Assembly: GCA_965235115.1 (NCBI GenBank)
Contig: OZ249436.1
Coordinates: forward strand, 55,492,001-55,556,000
Direction: 5' to 3'
Origin: Laetmonice hystrix
Lineage: Eukaryota
Length of the DNA stretch: 64,000 bases
Shown here: one piece after another, positions 40,908 to 53,143 of the stretch
How the letters are laid out: every line of letters begins with the position of its first letter
Position numbering within the stretch: position 1 is the stretch's first letter
Notes under the pieces: generated by a model
The model's input: the letters and a program-made list of their open reading frames with translations, nothing else
Told to the model about the DNA's origin: nothing
Databases searched by the model: none
Made by a program: the position numbers and the translations under genes

Positions 40908-41172
40908 GGCCCGGATTGTTGTTTACTTTCTCACCGTGAGCAAGGGTGAGCTGAGCCGAGCAAGGGGAAGCATGAGCTCATTCTCACCGTTTTCGTGTTT
41001 TTTGGGTTGCTGTTTTCCATGAGGCGTGCTCATGGTGAGCAAGCTCGCGGAAAAACACCCCAAAAACGAAAACAGTGAGCAAAACGGTGAGCATGAGCTT
41101 CTGCTCACCCTTGCTCAGCTCAGCTCAGCTCACCCTTGCTCACGGTGAGAAAGTAAACAAAAAAACCGGCCC
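40908..41172. mobile_element. Palindromic MITE, PIF/Harbinger-like (GG...CC ends, 3-bp CTG TSD)
   Basis: Long inverted arms TTGTTTACTTTCTCACCGTGAGCAAGGGTGAGCTGAGC / GCTCAGCTCACCCTTGCTCACGGTGAGAAAGTAAACAA, with CTG on both flanks. Confidence 0.75.
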
Positions 41173-41619
41173 CTGATTTTCGTGCTTACGCTCTCGATGA
41201 TGTCAGATCTCAAGTTCTGATATAGTCCACATGTTATGGGTAAGCATGCGTACTATAATTCAAAACAAGTATCATATTCTGTGGTTGGTCTGACATATCT
41301 GTGATTAGCTGCTCTGTCGGTGTAGCAATGAATCACAAGCATTTATGGGGTATTTGAAGTATTATTATTAGTAATATTATATAGGAATAGTTCCGGTGTT
41401 CCTCCCAGTCTGTTCGTATATTAACATGTATCCTGAAGGTCGTATTACACGGGTTTCATCCCGCCACTGCTTATTGTAAGTCGCTACTTCTCGACTCCCA
41501 AAATCCGAAACTGAAAGTGAAGATGTGATGTACCGAAAATATCGGATTTTTGTTGTCTATAACTACGAGTATTGTTTATGAAATTGCTATATTGAGGCGT
41601 GAATATTATGTTGCGATCA

Positions 41620-41900
41620 TGCATACTGTTAGATGGGACAATCCCATTTACTGTATGAATGTACTGTTAGATGGGACAATTCCATTTACTGTATGCATCT
41701 ATTGTTAGATGAGACAATTCCCTTCACTACATGTGCATGTACTGTTAAATGGGACAATCCCATTCACTGTGTGCATGTACTGTTAAATGGGACAATTCCC
41801 TTCACTGTATGCATGTACTGTTAAATGGGACAATTCCCTTCACTGTATGCATGTACTGTTAAATGGGTCAATTCCCTTCACTGTATGCATGTACTGTGAA
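41620..41900. repeat. 38-bp minisatellite (CATGTACTGTTAAATGGGACAATTCCCTTCACTGTATG), ~7 copies
   Basis: Direct reading. Confidence 0.9.
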
Positions 41901-42466
41901 AATGATACAATTACGATACTCGAAGGAACGATCGATTTCTAGGCGATTGTCCTTTCGACGTCCATGCCATTTTGACATCGCCCTATTATTTTACTGTGAT
42001 TTTGAGATTAAAGGATGGCACCCATTTCAAGAACTATGGAGGTTCAGCCAGGAAAAAATACCGTGAAATTACACTATTAAATCAAAATCGTATTAGAAGA
42101 GGGTGAAATGAGGGTGAAAAAGGAGAAATGAAAACACAAAAAACTTGGAGCTTTTAAAGATAACGTACGAAAACACAAGCTCGTGTAGTATCCATTGATG
42201 AACGTCACGCCTCCTTCAAATATGATTCAGCAAGAGTGAGCATTTGCAGGGCAAGACCTAAGTTGTTTTTCCAACTACTTTGTAAATAGGCGTTTTTATT
42301 GTGTAGGCCTACTAGGTTATTAGAAAATGAGGTCAGTACTGTTTTCATCTGTAGATGGTTTTTATACTGACTAAGGGGCACAGGTATCTGCAGTTAACAT
42401 TGCATTGTCACTCAAGGTAATGCTTTTATCACATGATCTGATTGTTTGTGACAGTAATTATGGAAC

Positions 42467-42472
42467 AATAAA
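42467..42472 (+). terminator. Candidate polyadenylation signal for the nAChR mRNA
   Basis: First canonical AATAAA I found after the stop, followed by a GT-rich stretch. ATTAAA variants occur earlier, near 42007 and 42076. Confidence 0.4.
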
Positions 42473-42719
42473 CTGTATGTATCGGACTTGGTCATTGGTT
42501 TTGATGTTCATTTGGAAGACAGTATCCCTGATTTGATTAGATCACTCTTCACATCTGAATGTCCCGTTTTGCGATTGATGAGGTTTTAATTCAGGTGAAG
42601 TCTTGTTTGCGGAAAGTAAATTAATCATTACCAATGAGTACATCCGTCTGCTTAATTAAAAATATTCAATTACTTCTAGGCCACGGCCCATTGTACATAT
42701 AACACCCGCTATTTAAATA

Positions 42720-43072
42720 TTTAAGTTACATCCATAATTCCTCAAATACTTACCTTTGAACCCAAGGGACACCATGTTAAAATTTCAGGGTCGAGCGAAA
42801 ACCGAAAGTAGGCCTATGTTAAAAGCGGAAGTATATCTCCGTTGGTTTCCACGCCTATCTGCCATACTCTGTGATCTATAAATACATTACCGCTAGTTCC
42901 CAGCCCGCGCTGGGTTCAGAAAATAGCAGATGGGGCGAACGGTATCTCGGGGCCCTAACATTATAACGCCACTTTTAAAATACTTTCGCTTATCGATCGA
43001 ACCTAAAATTTTACCATGGTGTCATTGGGGTTCAAAGGTGAAGTATTTGAGGAATCTTTGGTGTAACGTTAA
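42720..43072. mobile_element. MITE with ~110-bp imperfect inverted arms
   Basis: TTCCTCAAATACTTACCTTTGAACCC...ACACCATG versus CATGGTGTC...GGGTTCAAAGGTGAAGTATTTGAGGAA. Confidence 0.7.
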
Positions 43073-43483
43073 AAACGTATACGTAGGCATATGTGCTCAG
43101 CAAGAAAGGGAGGAAAGAAGGATGAACGAAAGGGGGGAGGGAGGGAGGGAGGGAGCTAAAAAGCTAATATCATGGTGTATAATGAAAATGCAATATAAAT
43201 TTTCTCACCTGTTTATATTACTAATACAATCAGAATTTGACATATTACAATAGTATTGTTTATACCGACCTTCAGTAAATCAGCGGCGCATAATGCTTTT
43301 TACGTACTCGGTGATGCAACATGATAGAGCTTATATATCTTCATTATTATGCCATTCTTTACATTCTCTATAATTAATGAGCCGTATAAGGTACCGAGTA
43401 AGATAATCCAATAGCATTTCCTAAAGGCAGCGTCTATCAATCTGCGTGTCCTATCGGGGTAGAAAACCGGCGTCTTACGCGTA

Positions 43484-44798
43484 TCTGAACGGAAGAGTAG
43501 ACTGTCCCCGGACGGACACAAACCTAGGAGAGTGAATCTGAACGGAAGAGTAGACTGTCCCCGGACGGACACAAACCTAGGAGAGTGAATCTGAACGGAA
43601 GAGTAGACTGTCCCCGGACGGACACAAACCTAGGAGAGTGAATCTGAACGGAAGAGTAGACGGTCCCCGGACGGACACAAACCTAGGATGGTGAATCTGA
43701 ACGGAAGAGTAGACTGTCCCCGGACGGACACAAACCTAGGAGAGTGAATCTGAACGGAAGAGTAGACTGTCCCCGGACGGACACAAACCTAGGAGGGTGA
43801 ATCTTAACGGAAGAGTAGACTGTCCCCGGACGGACACAAACCTAGGAAAGTGAATCTGAACGGAAGAGTAGACTGTCCCCGGACGGACACAAACCTAGGA
43901 AAGTGAATCTGAACGGAAGAGTAGACTGTCCCCGGACGGACACAAACCTAGGAGGGTAAATCTGAACGGAAGAGTAGACTGTCCCCGGACGGACACAAAC
44001 CTAGGAGAGTGAATCTGAACGGAAAAGTAGACTGTCCCCGGACGGACACAAACCTAGGAGGGTAAATCTGAACGGAAGAGTAGACTGTCCCCGGACGGAC
44101 ACAAACCTAGGAGGGTGAATCTGAACGGAAAAGTAGACTGTCCCCGGACGGACACAAACCTAGGAGGGTAAATCTGAACGGAAGAGTAGACTGTCCCCGG
44201 ACGGACACAAACCTAGGAGGGAGAATCTTAACGGAAGAGCAGACTGTCCCCGGACGGACACAAACCTAGGAGAGTGAATCTGAACGGAAGAGCAGACTGT
44301 CCCCGGACGGACACAAACCTAGGAGAGTGAATCTGAACGGAAGAGTAGACTGTCCCCGGACGGACACAAACCTAGGAGAGTGAATCTGAACGGAAGAGTA
44401 GACTGTCCCCGGACGGACACAAACCTAGGAGAGTGAATCTGAACGGAAGAGCAGACTGTCCCCGGACGGACACAAACCTAGGAGGGAGAATCTTAACGGA
44501 AGAGCAGACTGTCCCCGGACGGACACAAACCTAGGAGAGTGAATCTGAACGGAAGAGTAGACGGTCCCCGGACGGACACAAACCTAGGAGGGTAAATCTG
44601 AATGGAAGAGTAGACTGTCCCCGGACGGACACAAACCTAGGAGAGTGAATCTGAACGGAAGAGTAGACGGTCCCCGGACGGACACAAACCTAGGAGGGTA
44701 AATCTGAATGGAAGAGTAGACTGTCCCCGGACGGACACAAACCTAGGAGGGTGAATCTGAATGGAAGAGTAGACTGTCCCCGGACGGACATAAACGTA
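43484..44798. repeat. 53-bp minisatellite (TCTGAACGGAAGAGTAGACTGTCCCCGGACGGACACAAACCTAGGAGAGTGAA), ~25 copies
   Basis: Period 53, highly homogeneous, no spacers. Confidence 0.96.
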
Positions 44799-45807
44799 GA
44801 TTTTGAGATACGGGATATTGTTTTCTCCATAGATCTTCTATGGAGAAAACCTCATGGAGAGATTTGATCGAAAAAAGTGTAGGCCCTATGTTGACCAGAC
44901 AAAGCTTTAATGGTCTATGACCCTCAATTCTCTTTTCTCAAATTCTCAGCGATAGAAATGATAGCCACGATTCAAAATCATTTTTTATTTGCGTGGTTAA
45001 GATGGATGTATTGTTTACATCGCATCAAAAGCGAATGACAGGATAATGTCCTGACGGCGAGAGAGCGGCAAAGAGATTACTGCTTCTATTATAGGCGGGC
45101 AGAGGTACGAATTAAGAGGGCATGTATGTCAAGTCAATGATTTAAAATGTACAAATCCATCACTCTAACCCATCACGTGTCAATATGATCGTCTCATTGA
45201 GATAAGATCGATTTCCACCGCCGTCTTCGATTACTAATTATGTTTTAGCTCCCTCCAGCTTATTTCTTTTCATTACGGTAGGTGACTTTCATCGTAAGTA
45301 ATTCGAGGAGATCAAGTTGGTGCGGAGCTCTGATAGCGGATGGAGCGTTTCCTTAGCAATCTGAATTCCCTTCCGTCAGTTCCGGACAAAATTACAATCT
45401 TACCCTCTTCTACATGGTACAACCGGGAACTGCTTCCATATATAGCGGCCAATCAGTCGAAATGGACAAGTAGTGCGAAATTTACAAACAGAAAAGAAAT
45501 TCAAATCGGCAAGACTCCTTTCTCGTGCACGAAGCCCTTGTATCCCTTAAAGGTGCTATTCGTGAACAAAAATTCAATTTTTTTATTTTTAATTTTGTTG
45601 ACGTTTATGTGATCCCACCTATCATGGAAATAGATTCACAACAAAGGAAATCAAAATTTTTCATGAATAACGGCACAAATGGGGCTCTCTCAGAAGGCCT
45701 GTGGTACCATGGTCTGGTGGTGACATACACACACACATAAATATATGTGTGGGTGTAGGGCAATAAACAGCTCAGTTCACACCCACACACAAATTTGTGT
45801 GTGTGCG

Positions 45808-46200
45808 TGTATTAAATACAAAAACTTTTTGTATTTAATACAAAAACTTTTTGTATTAAATACATAAACTTTTTGTATTAAATACATAAACTTTCTGTAT
45901 TTAATACAAAAACTTTTTGTATTTAATACAGAAAGTTTTGGTATATATACAAAAACTTTTTGTATTTAATACAAAAACTTTTTGTATTTAATACAAAAAC
46001 TTTTTGTATTTAATACAGAAAGTTTCTGTATTTAATACGAAAAGTTTTTGTATTTAATACAAAAAGTTTTTGTATTAAATACAGAAAGTTTTTGTATTTA
46101 ATACAGAAAGTTTTTGTATTTAATACAGAAAGTTTTTGTATTTAATACAGAAAGTTTCTGTATTTAATACAGAAAGTTTTCGTATATATACCGAAACTTA
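45808..46200. repeat. 22-bp near-palindromic array (TTTTTGTATTTAATACAAAAAC) in the left TIR
   Basis: Direct reading. The mirror array is at 54795-55120. Confidence 0.92.
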
Positions 46201-47479
46201 CTCATGCATATCTAATTGTTGTATCGCACTTCAAAGAATCTAACATCTCATTAACTGTCCATTTGCTTATCATATATCAATTACCGTTGCGGTTCATGTG
46301 ACCCCTTTCATTGGGAACTTTGCAACTACACCGCCCTCCTGTGCCTGGTGTCCTCGTTGACACGCGCTTTTATGACCCTCTTTAATGTCCGGCCTCGTCT
46401 CAGTGCCGGAGGCACTGAGTCAAAGTGTAGTGTAACAGTAAACCAGTCTGCGATCATCTGTCATTACCCGACCTAGAACTTAGTAGAAGCAACGAGTATG
46501 AGAGGTGAAACTCGTGGGGCCCTTATGGGGGACCGTGGTCCGATGTTGTTTTGTATTGGTCACGCCCAGCATGTGGTCATTTGTTGGTCAGAGATGACCA
46601 GCATCTGGTCTTACTCGGGTTACAGGAAGGTGACGGAGCGGTGGCCACTGGGGTTAGAAACAAGGCAGGTTACTGTCACTACACACCAAGCAGGCAGCAC
46701 TCTCCATCCTCTTTTAAACACTGTTTCTAGAATTGGACACTGAAACAGCACGTACAACTTACTAAAGACATGTGTTTTTTATGTGATGTTAATGTTAGAA
46801 AGGTGTCCTACATTTAAAACATTTCCTATTTTAAAGTTCTAACAGACAAGTCAGGTAAATTTCTCTGTATTCACCTCTTTCAACCGGTCACTATGCAGCC
46901 ACATGGAGACTGACCTTGACATTCTGCACACCATCTGAAAGCTTATCTAGAGGGGAATCTCCCTATTTGCATTAAATCAGTAAAACACTATTTTGAGTTA
47001 TTGAAACTGGCAACTAAAGATTTTCCATATTTGTGGTACTAAAATTATGTAGGCCAAACAGGGGTTGCCTGAAACTGACCCTTCCCAATGCTTCCCGCCA
47101 AAATACCATGGAACACCAAAGGCCTGCTGCCCACCAGGCGCCCAGCAAGTGGTCCCGTCGGCCTTGTACAGCAAGTCTGTAATATGGAGCCGGTGGTCAG
47201 ATTAATGAGTACTGATAAGGGGCACTGGAAGTCTCTCATCTGCCGAGCTCAGGAGTTTCACCTCTCTTGGTAGAAGCTAGACAGCTATAGACGGGGGTGC
47301 GTAAATGATGTGGGAAGTTACCTGAAGATGAAGGGGAATGACGTAATTCACGTGATTGATGTGGGCGAGTGATGGGAAATGATGTGGGGAGTGACCAGTG
47401 ATGTGGGGTAGTGACAGTTGTAGTTGAATTGCATAGTTTTCCTGCTTGATACAAGTGTAGCCATCGCCGTCGCTCGTTG

Positions 47480-48110
47480 CAATGACGTGAGTGATGTGGG
47501 CAAGTGATCAGTGATGTGGGGTAGTGACGTGAGTGATGTGGGCTAGTGATCAGTGATGTGGGGGAGTGACGTGAGTGATGTGGGGGAGTGACGTGAGTGA
47601 TGTGGGCTAGTGATCAGTGATGTGGGGTAGTGACGTGAGTGATGTGGGCGAGTGACAAGAGTGATCTGGGGGAGTGACGTGAGTGATGTGGGCGAGTGAC
47701 AAGAGTGATGTGGGTGAGTGACAAGAGTGATGTGGGGGAGTGACGTGAGTGATGTGGGCTAGTGATCAGTGATGTGGGGTAGTGACGTGAGTGATGTGGG
47801 TGAGTGACGTGAGTGATGTGGGGTAGTGAAGTGAGTGATGTGGGCGAGTGACGTGAGTGATGTGGGTGAGTGATAAGTCATGTGGGCGAGTGACGTGAGT
47901 GATGTGGGCGAGTGACACGAGTGATGTGGGTGAGTGACGTGAGTGATGTGGGCGAGTGACAAGAGTGATGTGGGTGAGTGACGTGAGTGATGTGGGCGAG
48001 TGACACGAGTGATGTGGGTGAGTGACGTGAGTGATGTGGGCGAGTGACACGAGTGATGTGGGTGAGTGACGTGAGTGAGGTAGGCGAGTGACGTGAAATG
48101 ATGTGGGGAG
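47480..48110. repeat. ~22-bp minisatellite (GAGTGATGTGGGCGAGTGACGT), ~28 copies
   Basis: Direct reading. Confidence 0.92.
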
Positions 48111-48914
48111 TGTGAAGTCAGGACCCGAGAGAGGAGCCGGGAGGTGCCGAGTGAGGTGCCGGGTGTGGTGCCGGGATAGGTACCGGGTAAGGTGCTGTGA
48201 GAGATACCGAGAGAGGTGCCGGGAGGTGTCGGGTGAGGTGCGGGTGTGATCTGCCGGCTCAGTCTGGGCCTTCTCTCCAGTCATTTTTCACGTTGGGAGG
48301 ATCTACACGTGCCAAAACTTATATACAGAAACATATACCGTGAATGACCAACATGAAGCAATTTTTAAGACCTTTCGTTCCATTTTGTAAGCATGGGCCT
48401 TAAATCTTCCTAATGACAGTAAGCGCTGGTGTATTTAGTGACCAGGCAGCCTGATCTACTTCTGCTAATTAAGTTTCAAAAGGTTCCAGCCTATAGGCCT
48501 CTCAGTGGGAATAAAAACTGATTTCCGAACACCTTTAATCTGATGGCAATCTGCTAATCAAAATCGGACAATGGAGCAGATTTTTGGTATAGTTTTTAAT
48601 CGGTTGTTGGCCTATATAATGGACAGATTTTTACTAAGAAGTGGTGGGTATCCTAGCCTTGCTTAGGCTACATTACAGGTTTTGCGGAACTTCAATCTGA
48701 AACAATATCAATTACTGTGTGCATTCGCGGCGTGCATTACGTAATGATATTTCAACAGATTAAATGAAAGCGTACCCAGTATATTATTCTCTAAATTTTC
48801 TTTCTATATTTTCCCGGGCGTGCGACCATAAACATTCTAGTGGTAATATTTGTATAGGCCGTCAATGTGCTAATAATTAATTCAGCCATATAGTTAAAAA
48901 TGGCCCTGTTTGCC

Positions 48915-50655
48915 TTATTATCCCATCCCCGACAGGGGGATTGGATCTTGAGATTGTGTGGTTTCGTCTTCCCTATTATTACTCTTTGCGTTGTAGTAGT
49001 ATCTTGACCATGACAAGGACTGGTCAGACAATGAGTTATGACATCACGTGACGTCACGTCATGACGTCATGACGTGAAACGTGTCCTGGACATTGGGGCC
49101 ATTTTTAAAGTTCATATTGGGAATTTCCAAACCCCACCATGGCGTTTTAATCAGGCAAGGGTCTAGCCTAACATGGACCTTTCATTTGTCGTTTGACCTT
49201 GAACTTTGGGAGAACTGGGTCCTCGGTCACAAATCTCTTAAATCGCTACTTCTTCTTCATTTTTTGGTGAAATATTAGGCAGGACTCTAACATGAGCTTG
49301 TCACGAATAATCAAAAGTTTAGAACAATTGTCAATTTAGATACCTATGCCTAGAACTTCTAAACGGTGCCAGATAGGGCAATGGTTACTATTAAACACAG
49401 ATAGGAAGTGATATATGCTCTTTCATTATAGATTTTTTTTCCAGGTCACGTCACCATTTTTTAAAAATTAGAGGGGAAAAATGAAAAAAAAATTAAAACG
49501 TGACTGGGCCTGGGATTGAAACGGGGACCCTTCCGATGGGAGTTAAGACACTCTTCACAACAGCCACGCCATCTGACATGCTAATACTGGATTGAACTGG
49601 TACTGATTACCACAGGCAGTGAACCTATATTTTGTGAGGGCTATAACTTGCTATCACTTGGTATCATCATCCTTTAGGTCACGTGACCTGTGACGTGGTA
49701 AGGATATCATTGATATTTTCTCAGGGATATAACTTGTTAATGCTTGAATAGCATAGTTGCTATTGAACACGAATAGGAAGTCATGTATGCCCTTTCGTTT
49801 GGGACCATTATTTCTTAGGTCACGTGACCTATGGCGTCATAAGGATGTCATCGATATTTTCTCAGGGCAAGAACTTGTAAATGGTAGGAGTTAGACCCAT
49901 AGTTACTACTGAACCAGAATAGGAAGTCATGCATTCTCTTTCGTTTGGCACTATTATTTCTTAGATCACGTGACCTGTGAAGTCATAAGGATGTCATCGA
50001 TATTTTCTTAGGGATATAACTTGTTAATGCTTGAAGATAGCCCCATAGTCACTATTGAACACGAATAGGAAGTCATGTATGCTCTTTCGTTTGGCGCCAT
50101 TATTTCTTAGGTCACGTGGCCTATGGCATCATAACGATGTCATCGATGTTTTCTTAGGGCTATAACTTGTAAATGGTAGTAGTTAGACCCATAGTTAGGT
50201 ACTAATGAACACGAATAGGAAGTCATGTATGCTCTTTCGTTTGGCGCCATTATTTCTTAGGCCACGTGGCCTATGGCATCATAACGATGTTAGACCCATA
50301 GTTGCTATTGAATATGAACAGAAAGTCCTCATTATGTTCTTTCAATTGACACCAAGATTTATTATGTTGTGTGATCTATTACATCCTTGTGACGTAACTT
50401 AGCCCTCTTAAGGGTTGGTGGAAGCCTGGAACTAGTAAACGGTGCTAGATAGACCTATAGTTACTTTCGAACATGAATACATGCTCTTCGATTGAGACCA
50501 AGATTTATAACGTAATAATGACGTAACGTCCATCTTCTAAGGCTCACAAGTCGTCACAGGTGCAAGATAGTACCATAGTTATCCCTATTCAGAACATGTT
50601 AGATGGGACACCCCGGGGATGGGATCCATTGTGGTACTCCACAACGTATCTGGTT
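48915..50655 (+). mobile_element. Helentron-associated interspersed element (HINE/DINE-1-like) with internal ~140-bp tandem repeats
   Basis: 11-bp subterminal IR ATCCCATCCCC (48920-48930) / GGGGATGGGAT (50615-50625), 3' hairpin TTGTGG-TACT-CCACAA, T-rich flanks, repeated GAACACGAATAGGAAGTCATGTATGC units. Confidence 0.65.
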
Positions 50656-52984
50656 TGCTCCTGTTATCGAGTACTTCCACGTGTGAAACTATTTGGGAGA
50701 ACCCCAAATATACCTACACCCAATTGCTTTTGTTTGGAGCATAATGATTGAATCAATATTAAATTACTGTTTTGGGGCCAAAATAAAGATGTACTCCCTT
50801 TCAACCTTACTCCTTGTTAAGAGCCCTCATTTTAAACACAGCCCCTCGACCTTTCGAGCCCTCAGACACCCCTTATAAATTCTTGTGGAAGGATTAGCCT
50901 ACATTAATTGCCTGTTATCGCAGTTAGAACACTATTGGAACTCACTGCCAAAAATAGTTAAATTGTAAGCCTAAGCTCCTGATAGTTATATTTCAACAAG
51001 GCTATAGATAATAACGTTAATAAAGTTAAATCATTGTAAATATTCCAAAGTCAGTGTATATTTATTACTAATATGATTCATCGGTTCAGTTAGCAACTTC
51101 TTATATATGCGAATAAAGTCAGTACAACTTAAAACTGCAAAGCTTTGCAAATGTCTAAACGATAAATACAGCTGATTGTTCCAAGTCTGCCCAGAACAAC
51201 TAATGTAGTCATTCGCATAGATAAGATGGAATTATTTTGAGCTCTCTGAGCCTCTTTTGATAATAAATTTCAGCTCAGCTATTTGAAAACGGCCGCGGTT
51301 GTCTAGTAAACACCTCCACTTGTAACCTGAACTGGACGACAAATGTATGGTTTGGAGAAGTCTGGGGAGCGCTGTGTAACGGTTTTAGCGGGAACGATCG
51401 TTTCACACGCACCAAACGGACTGGTCAGCGGTGGGCTTGATGCAACCCGATATGTGCACTGCATCCAACAATCCCACTGGCTCCAGTTTAGGGCAGCAGG
51501 ACTGTAATGTAAGAACGTAAAGTTGTCGTCGGAAGAGGTTCAATATTCTGAGCAGTGGTTTCTCAGCCAAGATGCCCTATACATTCGACCGCTTACGGAT
51601 TGAGCACCCTCAATCAGGGGGGAGCGCCCCCCCCCCCAGCACCTCGTCTAGATGCACCTGCATGAGAACCGACATCTTCCTTTAGCAAGACTTTTAGCCC
51701 AAACGTGGACCCAGAGGCATCGAGAGCCAGGGCGGCCCCCCGGTTAGCACAAATCATAGCCCCCTCCTACCAACCTACCCCTCCACCGCGTGTGTCTTTG
51801 TGTGTGTGAAGTACAGTGACAATGATATCATCAATATTTTTTTTAGGTGGGCCCCCTTATCAAAATCCTGGATCCTCCCTTGACTTCCTATCTAAAGAAA
51901 AGCCAGCTTGACCCGGGCCCCGCGGCACTAGCCCCTGCCCCCCTCTACGCCACTGCGTGGACCTCAAGAGCGTTGACCGTCTCAAGATAAAGATTGACAT
52001 TATTGTTCAAGACGCCGTTGAGGACGATGATTTTAAATTTCTTAAAATTTTCGAGATTATCACAGAGACCTGCTTGAAAGTTGTAGCTTGTTGTGTTTCA
52101 TAAAGTTTTGTGGCCAAGACGTTTAGTTATTTTCAGCTATTGTCAGGAATTTCCATGTGACCTGTTTAGTGTTTATGAGAACTGATACCTGAACAGGTGA
52201 GGTTTTGAGATTTTACAAAATTTTGAATGATTGTTACATGTGTATAGCAGTAGGCCTATATCACATGCACACTGTCAAAAGGTTCCAACCTATAGGCCTC
52301 TCAGTGGAAATAAAAACTGATTTCCGAACACCTTTAATCTGATGGCAATCTGCTCGTCGAAATCGGGCAATCGGGTAGATTTTTGGTATAATCGGCTGTT
52401 GACCTATACTGGACAGACTTCTACTCCCGATCGCAGAGAAGACCACCCGCTCCCCACCAGATCCGTAAATCTGACGGTCGGTCGGCTATTTTAGTGTGGC
52501 CCCACCCTAAGAACACTACGAGGGTACACCCTGGTTTGTCCCGAGGGTCGGCCGTGTGGAAGAAAGTTCCGCGCTGAGCGATTGATAGATTTTCTCCCCG
52601 CACGGCATGCACTTGCCGCTTTCCATTAATGATTGGGGAAAGTGATGTGAACCTCTGGTAACACTGCACATAGTGGTAATAACACTGTTTTTAAAGCTCT
52701 TATGAGCTTATTATGTATAATGATTCTGATTGCTACAAATCTATCGCCTTTGTCATTTTGTTTTATACGTGATGCAAAAGTTAAGGTTTTGAGAGCTGGA
52801 TGTTTTGAAGCTGTGAAATAAATGTTAAATTTTTTTTTTTAGGAGAATGCATGGTTTGCACTTTAGATTTCAAAATGTTATAGGGGAGCATGCCCCCGGA
52901 GCCCCTCAGCAGTGCCCATGTACCTTCGGCACATCCTGATACACAGGCCAGAAAAAGATCTACGGTATTTTCCCTGATACATGT

Positions 52985-53143
52985 CAGTAGCGTACCCAGG
53001 GGGGTGCTTGGGTGCTCAAGCACCCCCCTCAATTTGCCAATTTTTTTGCTTTGTTTTTTGGTGCGCTTGTTACCAATTTGCAGCGCCTACGACATTGGTT
53101 ATTTCCAGCACCCCCCTGGGTCCAGTTTCTGGGTACGCCACTG
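52985..53143. mobile_element. MITE CAGTAGCGTACCCAG...CTGGGTACGCCACTG with 5-bp TSD CATGT (hAT5-like)
   Basis: 15-bp TIR with 1 mismatch. CATGT at 52980-52984 and 53144-53148. Confidence 0.75.

Noticed and set aside
43484..44798. CRISPR array
   Set aside because: Tandem 53-mers without spacers.
47766..48284. His/Thr-rich 172-aa ORF
   Set aside because: It is a translation of the 22-bp minisatellite.
49500..49570. Functional tRNA gene
   Set aside because: The boxes are degenerate and no convincing cloverleaf forms. It lies inside a repeat element.
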